The position numbers and the translations under genes were made by a program. Shown piece after piece: positions 40,622 through 51,702 of a DNA stretch of 64,000 nucleotides (position 1 is the stretch's first letter; each line of letters starts with the position of its first letter). The DNA is from Octopus sinensis (lineage: Eukaryota), in contig NC_043008.1 in assembly GCF_006345805.1 (NCBI RefSeq), forward strand, positions 73,098,001 through 73,162,000. Reading direction: 5' to 3'. The notes below the pieces were generated by a model. The model was given only the letters and a program-made list of their open reading frames with translations, searched no databases and was not told where the DNA came from.

Positions 40622-41830
40622 CATCATCATCGTTTAACATCTGTTTTCAATGCTAGCATGGGTTGGACGGTTCAGCCGGTGTCTGGGAAGCCAGGAGGCT
40701 GCACCAGGCTCCAGTCTGATCTGGCAGTGTCTCTACAGCTGGATGCCCTTCCTAACACTAACCACTCATTGAATGTAGTGGGTGCTTTGTATGTGCCACC
40801 AGCATAGGAGCTAGGGGAGGCTTGCAGCAGCCATGATCGGTTGGAACTTTTTACATGTCACCGGCACAGAAGCCAATCAAGGTGGTGCTGGCATCGGCCA
40901 TGTTTGGATGATGCTTTTTATGTGCCACTGGCACAGGTATCACGATTACAATTTCAATTTGACTTTCATTTTGATGTTGATGTACTTGATTCAATAGGTT
41001 TCCTCAAGCACAGCAGGTCGCCCTACAATCCAAGGTAAGCACAGCAGGCTGTCCTGCGATCCAAGGTACTTTGGATGGCCTGGGGCTGCTGTGTGAAGCT
41101 GGTGCAGGGAATAGCCATGAACTCACATTATTTGTCGGGTCTTCGCAGTCACAGCATATCTCCAGAGATCTCAGTCTTTTGTTATTGCCTCTGTGAAACC
41201 CACCGTTCAAAGATCATGCCTGACCACCTCATCCCATGTCTTCCTGGGTCTATCTCTACCCCGGATTCCTTCAACTGTTTGGGACTGGCACTTCTTCACA
41301 CATCTCTCCTCATCCATCCATAGTACATGACCATACCAGCACAAATGTCTCACTTGCACATCACATCCGATGCTTCTTATGTCCAGCATTTCTCTCAGGA
41401 CACTTACACTCTGTCGTGTTTGTACACTGACATTACATATCCAGCGGATCATGCTAGCTTCATTTCTTTCAAGCCTACGCATGTCCTCTGAAGTCACAGC
41501 CCATCTTTCACTACTGTGAAGCATGGGAGTTCACACACATGCATTGTACAACCTATCTTTCACTCTGAGCGAGAGAATTTTTGTCACCAGTAGGGGTAGG
41601 AGCTTTCTAAACTTTGCCCAGGCTATTTGTATTCTAGTGGTGACACTCTCTGAGCATCCACCTCCACTACTAACTTGGTCACCTAGGTAGCAGAAACTAT
41701 CAACTACTTCTAGTTTCTCCCCTTGGAGTGTGATGGAATCTGTTTTCTGAGTATCTGTGGTGTCTATTGCCCCTGTGCATCTGCTGCACACGAAAGCTAA
41801 GTAGAGGGGTTTATCTTTACCTAGGTATTT
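40621..41830 (-). mobile_element. 5'-truncated RTE LINE (thumb plus 3' UTR plus (GAT)n tail)
   Basis: ORFs 41531-41791 (LEVVDSFCYLG) and 41207-41524 (GRDRPRKTW). Same family as 52500. Confidence 0.9.
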
Positions 41831-41839
41831 CTCCTGCAG

Positions 41840-42460
41840 GTGTCAAATCAGGAATATGGCATCAATGGTGCTTCTATCCAGAACAAAACTAAACTGCATC
41901 TCATCTAAGCAGACGCTCTAGGATGAATAGCAGAACTTGAGGAAGGTCAGAGATACTATACAAAAAGATTGCATCAGTAGAAAAGCTGAGCTACTGGGAG
42001 AGACCGAAAGAGCTAGGATTCTTCCTCTGGACTGAAGATGGGAAAGGTACACAATGATATATGTATGTAAGATATTGGAGGGGCTGGCACCAAACTTTGG
42101 AATTGAGAGTTATACCAGACCTCAAAAAGGATGTCACTGCACTATTACAAATGTCCCAGTTGTCTCATCTAGGATGAGGACCATGTACTGCAATAGCTTG
42201 GAATTCAAAGGCCCACAGCTATTTAACTTCTTGCCAAAACATCTGAGGGACATCCATCGAGTGGGAGTAGATGTTTTAAGAAACAACTTGACCTCTTACT
42301 ACCCAAGATCCCAGATGAGCCAATATCAAGGAAGGAAACTCAAAAGAGGGCAGCGATATCGAACTCCCTCTTTCAACAGAAGACAAACCCATAGAATTGG
42401 CCAATGAAAAGGTGATTACAATGGCGGTGCCCAAGCGTGACCACAGCCTCAAGGCTGGAA
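41840..42460 (+). mobile_element. CR1-group LINE 3' fragment
   Basis: LSYWERPKELG...RYTMIYVCKILEGLAPN...GPQLFNFLPKHLR. Confidence 0.8.
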
Positions 42461-42793
42461 CATATAATAGAATACAAGAATATATATATGTATATATATA
42501 ATATATTATATAGTATATATATATATATACACAATACATACATACATATATATATTAAAAATATAGATACATATATATATATGTATACATATATTACATA
42601 TATATACATAATAATATACATATATATATATGTATGTATACATATATATACATATATATTACTCATAGATATATACATATATATATATATTCTACAATAT
42701 ATATATATATATACATAATATATATATAATATATATATATATATTATATATACTAACGATATATATTATATATATTATATAGATATAATATAT

Positions 42794-42827
<34 letters not shown>

Positions 42828-42910
42828 CTACATATATTATATATATAATATATATATACTACAGATATAATATATATATATATATATATTCCATATTATA
42901 CATACATATT

Positions 42911-43190
42911 ATGGCTGCCCCCTCCATTATCGAGTATGGCCATTGCATGAAGCTTAATTGTTACTGGTGCTGTAATCGAATGTGACTTTTTATCCCAGCT
43001 AAAGATCTACAATGTCTTATGCAGGATTGGAAATCAAAACCTATACCTGTAATAGCCGGCTGTAGTTGTAACTGGGCCTCATTTACCTTTGCATGTCGTT
43101 TAAATACTCCTGCCAAATTACACTCTCTTCCACATGCCTGACAGATATGATTAGTATGGTGTGTTACACCACCACCAGTGGCCAGGTTGT
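42911..43190 (-). mobile_element. RTE(BovB)-like LINE extreme 3' end with zinc-finger relics
   Basis: [21 protein letters not shown]...CIRHCRSLAGIKSHIRLQHQ* followed by a short 3' UTR. Confidence 0.7.
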
Positions 43191-43318
43191 CACTACATAT
43201 ATATATACACATACATGCATACATATATATATACATACATACATACGTATATATATACATATATATATTACATACATATATACATACTACATACATACAT
43301 ATATATATATACACATAA

Positions 43319-43371
<53 letters not shown>

Positions 43372-43393
43372 CTACATATATATATACACATAC

Positions 43394-43424
<31 letters not shown>

Positions 43425-43547
43425 CATACATGCATACATATATATATAGATGTAATATATATATACACACATATATCAATACATACATACATATATATAT
43501 ACATATATAACGATACATATATTATATAATATATATACATATATATT

Positions 43548-43583
<36 letters not shown>

Positions 43584-43642
43584 GAAATATTAAAATTACT
43601 AAGTCTCTCTAAAAGAGAACAACGGCAGCGTTCCTGGAAATA

Positions 43643-44125
43643 ATAGTTATCGCCATACTAATATGGCATTCTTATAAAATAAAAAAAGCTGTCCGCTTAT
43701 TTAGTCCATGAGGCCATCGCCTTAAGTTAGCTATTTGATACACAAACTGTTATCCATATAACCTTCGAACAAGGGAGGTCAGTCGCTCCACACTGGTTGA
43801 CCGGCAGCTACAGACTTAGTAATTTTTATTTCTATTATTGAAAACAAGGGATGTATTCCACCGAAGCTAGGTAAATAAAACCTTCGAACAGAGATTGTCG
43901 GAAGCGACACCTACTGGTCTGGCTACGCTGCATTGAAAAGGGGCAATACCCCGAAACGAGTCGGTAGCTGCCGGTCAAGTAGTGTGGAGCGACTGACCTC
44001 CTTGTTCGAAGGTTATATGGATACAGTTTGTGTATCAAATAGCTAACTTAAGGCGATGGCCTCATGGAGCTAATAGCGGACAGCTTTATTCTTATTTTTA
44101 TAAGAATGCCATATTAGTATGGCGA

Positions 44126-44132
<7 letters not shown>
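43643..44132. repeat. Inverted repeat (about 175-bp arms) around a PLE-type spacer
   Basis: 43643-43817 is the reverse complement of 43958-44132; the module is flanked by (TA)n. Confidence 0.95.
43927..43968 (+). ncRNA. Minimal type I hammerhead with U3:A8 core variant
   Basis: GCUGC-A-UUGAAAA-GGGG-CAAUA-CCCC-GAAA-C-GA-G-U-C-G-GUAGC. Confidence 0.6.
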
Positions 44133-44163
<31 letters not shown>

Positions 44164-44168
44164 TCTGA

Positions 44169-44368
44169 TGAAAGTAAACAAACAAATTTTACTTTAGAAG
44201 CATTGAGATATATTGAAAGATACAGAAATAATTTATTCTCAAACACATGCTAATGCTAATACAATAGCATAAATTATTGTATTAGCATTATCATGCGCTC
44301 GAGAATAAATTATTTCTGTATCTTTCAATACATCTCGATGTTTCTAAAGCAAACTTTGTTTACATTCA
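44169..44368. repeat. Fold-back (about 95-bp arms, 8-nt loop) with degenerate hammerhead
   Basis: Arms 44169-44266 and 44275-44368. ctgatga at 44165; the right arm reversed keeps gaaacatcgagatgta. Confidence 0.85.
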
Positions 44369-44445
44369 TTGTAAGCTGAATTTAACATTAGCATCTTATA
44401 GAGTTAGATTTATAAATCTAAAAATTGCAGAACAACTCGTTACTG

Positions 44446-44517
44446 GACAGTTTAGCTGAAAGGTAAAGCACTTGACATGTAATCACAGGGATGTGAGTTC
44501 GAGTCTCATAGCTGACT
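44446..44517 (+). pseudogene. tRNA-Thr(UGU)-like cloverleaf (pseudogene or SINE head)
   Basis: Acceptor stem 6/7 paired, D stem gct/agc, anticodon loop CA-TGT-AA, T stem gtgag/ctcat with TTCGAGT loop. Anticodon stem only 3 bp. Confidence 0.5.
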
Positions 44518-44654
44518 GGTAAAGAATTTTTCTGCAATATATGTATAGTTTATCCTGTAGTTTATCATTCGTTTGAGAATAGATTATTTATCTCTCTCAC
44601 ATATATATATATGTATACATATATATATATATAAAATATATATATATATATATA

Positions 44655-45365
44655 TGTCTCACCATGGAAATGACTAGAGACCGAGACCTATGGAAGTATG
44701 CTGTGCGTGAGAAGACCCGGCAAGACTAGTGAAGCCATAATCCGTGGCCCCTACCTGGGACGTAGTCAGTCCACCTGTGCATGCCTTCCTTCTTGTGACA
44801 CTTGTGAAGACCTGTTGAGGCAAGTGAGAATCGAATCGAATCGAATCAAATCAAATCAAATCGAACCAAATCAAAATAAATGAACATCAATGGAATTTGT
44901 ATCCTTGTGGTACCAGTGCCGGTGGCACATATGAAAACCATCCGAACGTGATCGTAGCCAGTACCGCAACGACTGGCCTCCATGCTGAGGGCACGTAACA
45001 AACACCATCCGAGCGTGGCCGTCCGCCAGCCCCGTCTGGCACCTGTGTCGGTGGCACATAAAAAACACCATCCGAGCGTGGCCGTCTGCCAGCCTCGTCT
45101 GGCACCTGTGTCGGTGGCACATAAAAAACACCATCCGAGCGTGGCCGTCTGCCAGCCTCGTCTGGCACCTGTGTCGGTGGCACATAAAATCACCCACTAC
45201 ACTCTCGGAGTGGTTGGCGTTAGGAAGGGCATCCAGCTGTAGAAACACTGCCAGATCTGACTGGCCTGGTGCAGCCTTCGGGCTTGCCAGACCCCAGTTG
45301 AACCGTCCAACCCATGCTAGCATGGAAAGCGGACGTTAAACGATGATGATGATGATGATGATGAT
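44655..45365 (+). mobile_element. RTE LINE 3' end with internal 63-bp tandem expansion
   Basis: Begins at tagagaccgagacctatggaagtatgctg and ends in the (GAT)n tail. Unit starts (caccatcc) at 45003, 45066 and 45129. Confidence 0.9.
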
Positions 45366-45469
45366 ATATATATATATATATTGTGCGTTTGTGTGTGTGT
45401 ATGTTTAGATATATATACACACATATAAATAATATATATGTATATATATATGTGTGTGTGTATGTGTGT

Positions 45470-45660
45470 TTGTGTTTGTACCCTGATCATTGCTTCAGAA
45501 CTGATGTCGCTGTGTTTATGTATCCATACTTAGCCATTTGGCAAACTGATAGAATAAGTACTAGACTTACAATGAGTAAATCCTGGGGTTGATCTTTTCG
45601 ACTAGAGGCGCTGCTCCAGCATGGCCGCAGTCACATGACTGAAACAAGTAAAACAATAAA
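45470..45660 (+). mobile_element. 3' half of tRNA-headed SINE
   Basis: gatagaataagtactag...gctccagcatggccgcagtc...gactgaaacaagtaaaa. Confidence 0.75.
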
Positions 45661-45794
45661 AACGATGCCATTTTAATCCCAAACAATGCCTGGTATCTCT
45701 GGTAGTGTGGGTATATATATATATGTGACCTCGTTATATCACTAGCGATTTTTTTTCCCCTGTCTTCCCTTCTCAGGATCTTTCCTTCTCCTAT

Positions 45795-45829
45795 GTTTCT
45801 GACGAAGAGCTCCGCTCGAAAAGTCAAAC
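45795..45829 (+). ncRNA. Minimal type I hammerhead motif (35 nt)
   Basis: GUUU-CUGACGA-A-GAGC-UCC-GCUC-GAAA-A-GUC-AAAC. One substitution in stem III (A where ACGU would need C). Confidence 0.6.
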
Positions 45830-45921
45830 CCGCCTTCTTTCCTGAGTGTCCAATAATACTTTATTTGTTCCACGTTCTTGCATTGTTGTTTTCTTTTGTT
45901 TTTGTTTTCTTGTTTGGATTA

Positions 45922-45960
<39 letters not shown>

Positions 45961-45966
<6 letters not shown>

Positions 45967-46373
45967 GAAATGGAGTTAACCCAGGTGTTATTCAAATCTT
46001 TATACTTCCAACATATGTTTTGAAAAAGACATTGGTATTATTCCTGAGGGAATAAAATGATGTAAAACAATGTAAACATTTCGTCAGGGAATGAAAGAGA
46101 AGCAAAACACACTAATAAGGTGTTTTAACTGAATGTGATTACAAAGTATATGATGAAGGGAATACCAGTGTTCCCTTCATCATATACTCGGTAATCACAT
46201 TCGGTTAAAACACCTTATTAGTGTGTTTTGCTTCTCTTTCTCTCCCTGACGAGATGTTTACATTGTTTTACATCATTTTATTCCCTCAGGAATAATACCA
46301 ATGTTTTCTTCAAAACATATGTTGGAAGTATAAAGATTTGAATAACACCTGCGTTTAACTCCATTTCTTAATT
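45961..46373. repeat. Approximately 200-bp-arm palindrome with 8-nt loop
   Basis: 45961-46162 is the reverse complement of 46171-46373; centre tgatgaagggaa-taccagtg-ttcccttcatca. Confidence 0.95.
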
Positions 46374-46524
46374 CCTCTATGTTATATAAAAACATTTCAT
46401 TAAACCCTGGAACTTCTACCTTTATAAGTAAGCTGTAACATCCTTGGCACTTATGTGAATTTTTGCTACCCAGGTAACTATTTATTTTTTTCCATGTTAT
46501 TTGTACACATTGAAAAATACATAC

Positions 46525-46612
<88 letters not shown>

Positions 46613-46622
46613 ACTGGTTGCA

Positions 46623-46870
46623 CTAGGTTTTTCGCCACAAGAGTATCTTTATGGTATATCATCAGACCCTAAGACATGTTGGCCTATGGCCTCTTTAAAG
46701 TATTGAGGGAGAAATGAAAGTGGATATAAACAATGAAGAGATAGCACCCATTGTTTATATCCACTTCATTTCCTGCTCAATACTTTAAAGAGGCCATAGG
46801 CCAACATGTCTTAGGGTCTGATGATATACCATAAAGATACTCTTTGTGGTGAGAAACCCAGGGTAAGCCT
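46623..46870. repeat. Fold-back (about 113-bp arms) carrying a hammerhead motif at 46813-46870 (+)
   Basis: Arms 46623-46735 and 46749-46862. CUGAUGA 46818, 9-bp stem II accataaag/ctttgtggt, GAAA 46853, stem III CCC-A-GGG, GUA site. Confidence 0.8.
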
Positions 46871-47054
46871 ATAAACAGGACTTCACCAGTAATAAATATA
46901 GACACTCTACTTCTTAGAGTGTGCTTCTTCTCTGTTTATATGGTTTTCTCAAAAAAAAATAATAATATACGATGTGTGCATGTGTGTCTGTATACATGCA
47001 TACATATATGTGTGTGTGTGTATGAATGAATATATATATACACATATATATATA

Positions 47055-47900
47055 TAACTTTGATAGGTTTCAGCCAGTATAGGCCCAGGCCATATCTAAA
47101 TAGTACCACCTGGTGAAGTATTTTAGTCATATATGGGGCACCATGGCCCACTCAAGCAAAGATTTATTATTGTTGGAGGCACATCCAGGTGTGGGAGGTT
47201 GGTCCATGATATTTTGGAGAAATTTTTCCAGAGAACTTTTGAATTTTATGGGATCCATTTTCATTTTGATGTATTTTGGTATATTCTTAAAGAAAGCTGG
47301 ACCTATTTAGGCAGAGTAGTTGCGTTGGAATGTGTCGTGAGTTCAATTTTTATAGTGGGAGGAAAGCACAGGAGCCAAGTCTTAGGTGGATTTTAAAACT
47401 GATGCCAACATCATTTGTGCAGTACGGATGGAATATTTTCCGCATCACACAAATGATGTAGCACTCCCAGCAGTATTGAAGAAAGTAACAATTGAGTTTT
47501 TTTATGCGACCCAATAGTCAATGTCTGTCATGCCATCTATCTTTCTTGTCATTGACCTCTGGAATGCTTCCACTTTCATAATGAATTGCTTCATGTAGAG
47601 AGACCACAGTGGATAACAGTATTCAAGGTGGCGGTCAGGCAACAGTTGAATAGAGGAGGATGATGGTGTGGGCATCTTGAGACCGGAAAGTTCTCAGAAT
47701 CCAGGAGCATATCATGTGGGCCAAGTCAACCTTGCTCAGCGCTTAGATTGTTATCAACAATTACTCTAAGGTCTCTGGTGTTGTTGGATGACACTAGGAA
47801 GTCACCTGAGGGAAGGGGTTGTGGTAGTTCCAGAATGTCCTCTTTTCCAAAGTGGATCAAATTAAACTTATCTTCATTTAAAAGCATATTGTTCTTTTCC
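47055..47900 (-). mobile_element. CR1-group LINE 3' fragment
   Basis: WVEKNNMLLNEDKFNLIHFGK...TRDLRVIVDNNLS, followed by frameshifted thumb sequence and 3' UTR. Confidence 0.8.
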
Positions 47901-49630
47901 ACCCATATATATGTGTGTTAATACATATATATACATACTGTATACACATGTATGTATCCATACATATTTAGATATATATGTTTAGCTCAGAAGACTTTAT
48001 TCAGCCCTTGGTTATTGTAGAAGACACTTGCCCCAATGCAACACAGTAAAATGGACAAAAATATATAGATGTGTGTATGTGTGTGCATCAATGCATGAAT
48101 GTTTATGCATGTGCAAGTTAATGTGAGTTGGTGAGTATATTTCTCTTGTATATTTTGGACTCAAGGTGATTGTTACTTATTTTATTAATGAAGCATAAAA
48201 AAGATTTTGTAGGAAATACTGTGTTGGAATGATTTCTCATAGCAATACTCAAAATAAGGGCAAATTGATCTTTTACAGCTTGTCTGAATTTTACTTTACT
48301 TCAAACCTGCACTTACTATCCGTACACTTTGTAAGTATTATTGCATTATTATACCACCAAGTTAGGAAGAAGTCTACTTTTATTAGTATGAAAAAATTAT
48401 ATATACTGTATTATAGTTGTTATTCCTTAAAACAATCCATTTAATTTTCAGCAATTGTATATATGAACACATTAACAGTAAAATTTGAATATGTGATGGA
48501 ATTCTAAGTTAGTCTCATTATTCATGTAATTAATGTGATTACATTTAAGATAACTAATTTAAATATGAACTCTCCTAATATGTTTCCCACTTAATTTTCT
48601 CCTATGACCAACCAGATAAATATTTATTAGGTTAAATATATCCATCCACTATTCCACTTAATCACTAATGAGCAATAGAATTAGGTCAGCATGACCTCTT
48701 TATATTCATGCCATGATCAATAAATGAATAAATTATTGTGAAAATCCTCTGCTCAATATCAGATTTCTAAGCTAATTATCCAGCAGTAAGTTCTTTTTAA
48801 GTGTTTCAAGCACACCTTGGATCATATGGATCTTGTCAATCCATCCAACCCATATCAACAAATAATATAGATGTAAATGATAGGGATAATGTTACATTAA
48901 ACACACAACTGTGTCTTATCTATTTTATTTAAGAATTTTCATAACTGAATGTACTTGGCATTTGTGTTACTTCTTATATATTGGTTAAATTCCTCTTTTA
49001 CAGACAATTTACAGATTACATTGCTTCTTTGTAATTTCTTCTCAGGTTTACATGCTTGTAGTGTGCTACCGCTAAGGAGGTTTTTGGATTTGGTGTTTTA
49101 GAAGCATACTTGCTGGCTAAAGTAAATGGTTGGGTGTGGTGCATTTTATGGTACATTCTTTCTATCTGTATACATATAAAAACAGCTCATCGATGAAAGG
49201 TCAGGGTTTACTACCACCAAGCCTAATTCAAACTAATAATGGAGGAAAATTCCTGTTTAAGCAATGTCATGTTTATATACCCTAAAGAGATTCTACTAAT
49301 AATGCATAAGTAACTGTATATAAATATGCAACAAGATGCAATTGGTATAATTGAAACATGTGTCAGACAATTATTATGAATAAGTTAACTGGAAATAAAC
49401 TAAGTTTGAATATTCAAATTCTTAATTCTCCTTATTATCAATACTCTACTTTACACTCTAAGTAGCCAAGAAATAAGCTAATTTTGGATGGGAGTTAAAG
49501 GAAGTTTACAATAAAGTGCACCATCTGAAGGAACCAGCCTTGCCATTTTACATACAGAAATTCGATATCTTCCTGAATATCATATCAATCCTCTTACTAT
49601 ATATATATATATATATATAATATATATATA

Positions 49631-49665
<35 letters not shown>

Positions 49666-49683
49666 CATATATATTATATATAC

Positions 49684-49735
<52 letters not shown>

Positions 49736-49899
49736 TATATATACATATATATATTATGTATATATATATATATATATATATGTACCTATCTAGCAGTATA
49801 TTGGATATATATTATCCCATGGTGGGTTGAATTTTCAACCCCTATCTCATTTTATATATATATATATGTATATATATATATGTATATATATATGTATAT

Positions 49900-49933
<34 letters not shown>

Positions 49934-50203
49934 ATGTGTATATATATATATATATATAAAATTAATTAAGGGTAGAAATTGATATTTATCAATTAAGACC
50001 AGTGGTCTAGCATATAAAAAAGAATCCGAAGATTAAAATATTTATATATACCAATTAAGGACTGAACACGAAAAGTGGACAGTCAACATGCTAGATATAG
50101 ACGTCAAATCGCCATTCACCACAAAAGATTATGTTCTCAGATCAAACTCAACACAAAACCATAGCAATAAACAAGTGAAAAATATACGAAATAAAATAAT
50201 TAC

Positions 50204-50268
50204 CCATGTACTAAATTAGTTTCAGCTGTTATTTTCCGCAAGGAAAACTGCAGCCATCATCAGCATGG
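50204..50268 (-). ncRNA. Type I hammerhead ribozyme, copy 1
   Basis: CCAUG-CUGAUGA-U-GGCUG...CAGCU-GAAA-CUAA-U-UUAG-U-A-CAUGG; all core nucleotides present. Confidence 0.8.
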
Positions 50269-50707
50269 TCCGTTATAAATGTATTTGCTGGACTAGATGC
50301 AAACACGATACCGAAATATCGCGTGCATGGAGTTCAGCCTATTACATTTGAATATACCTTTCAAATGCCTTTACTTTGGCGCGTTGAAACCCGAGAAAAC
50401 CAGCCTGCAGCTAATAATTAGCAGCAGTTAATTTATCGTTAGAGAACATATTTATTTATATAAAATTAATTAAGGGTAGAAATTGATATTTATCAATTAA
50501 GACCAGTGGTCTAGCATATTAAAAAGAATCCGAAGATTAAAATATTTATATATACCAATTAAGGACTGAACATGAAAAGTGGACAGTCAACATGCTAGAT
50601 ATAGACGTCAAATCGCCATTCACCACAAAAGATTATGTTCTCAGATCAAACTCAACACAAAACCATAGCAATAAACAAGTGAAAAATATACGAAATAAAA
50701 TAATTAC

Positions 50708-50772
50708 CCATGTACTAAATTAGTTTCAGCTGTTATTTTCCGCAAGGAAAACTGCAGCCATCATCAGCATGG
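50708..50772 (-). ncRNA. Type I hammerhead ribozyme, copy 2
   Basis: Identical to 50204-50268, offset by 504 nt. Confidence 0.8.
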
Positions 50773-50944
50773 TCCGTTATAAATGTAATTTGCTGGACTA
50801 TTTCGTATATTTTTCACTTGTTTATTGCTATGGTTTTGTGTTGAGTTTGATCTGAGAACATAATCTTTTGTGGTGAATGGCGATTTGACGTCTATATCTA
50901 GCATGTTGACTGTCCACTTTTCGTGTTCAGTCCTTAATTGGTAT

Positions 50945-50976
<32 letters not shown>

Positions 50977-51319
50977 ATATATATATATATACACACACAC
51001 GCATTCACAAACACACACATACATGAGTGAATGTATGATAACAAGGAAAGTTGTTATTACAATAATGTTTATGTGCATCTACCTACTGGTTGCATATCCT
51101 TGACTTTTGCACATGCCATCTGCTAATTACGAATATTACAACAATCATGTAATCCTGTGCTCCCAGAAACAGCTGCTGGGCCTAAAATACCATTCATTCT
51201 CCACTTCGTTTTCTGTATTTTTTAATTCCAAGTAAATTTATTTTGTAACTACATAAATATCTTCATGAGTGTGCATCTTCTTAATGTATTCTGTTTTTGT
51301 TTCTCTCCATTTATATCTA

Positions 51320-51702
51320 TACTAGCAGTATCGCCCGGCGTTGCTCGGGTTTATAAGGGAAATAACTATAAAGCATCTTTAGAGAGTTATAGCCAAAAAA
51401 TAGAAAAAAATGGAAAAAAAATTATGGTAAATTTTTTTAGAGTTAAAAAGGTCGAGTTGCGTCCCCTAGACAGTCTGTGGTTTGTGTTTCTGATTCTCGA
51501 CCCCATGTCGAATTTATCGATTTTTTTTCAGAACTGTGGGAACTTTTCAAAATTTTCGCTGCGTTAGTTTTGAATTATGACATTGGGCTATGTGTGTGCC
51601 AAGTTTCATCAGAATCGGTTGAAAGCCATGGTCAGGGTGAGGGTACAACCTGACAGACACACAGACACACACACAGACAAACTGCCGTTTATATATAGAG
51701 AG
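51320..51702 (+). mobile_element. Non-autonomous Helitron/Helentron-type (Lep1/HINE-like) element
   Basis: 5' tactagcagtatcgcccggcgttgctcggg hairpin, aagtttcatcagaatcgg block, (CAGA/CA)n and tttatatatagag end. Confidence 0.7.

Larger units (their letters stand above)
49953..50945 (-). mobile_element. PLE-type partial tandem with inverted terminal copy and two hammerheads
   Basis: Direct repeats at about 49953-50295 and 50457-50800. 50801-50945 is an inverted copy of their proximal part. Flanked by (TA)n. Confidence 0.85.

Noticed and set aside
44846-45323. Overlapping ORFs with 21-aa repeats; possible CRISPR-like array
   Set aside because: Caused by a 63-bp head-to-tail tandem in an RTE UTR, with no unique spacers and no cas genes.
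49046-49130. Strong polypyrimidine acceptor
   Set aside because: Stops in all frames shortly downstream.
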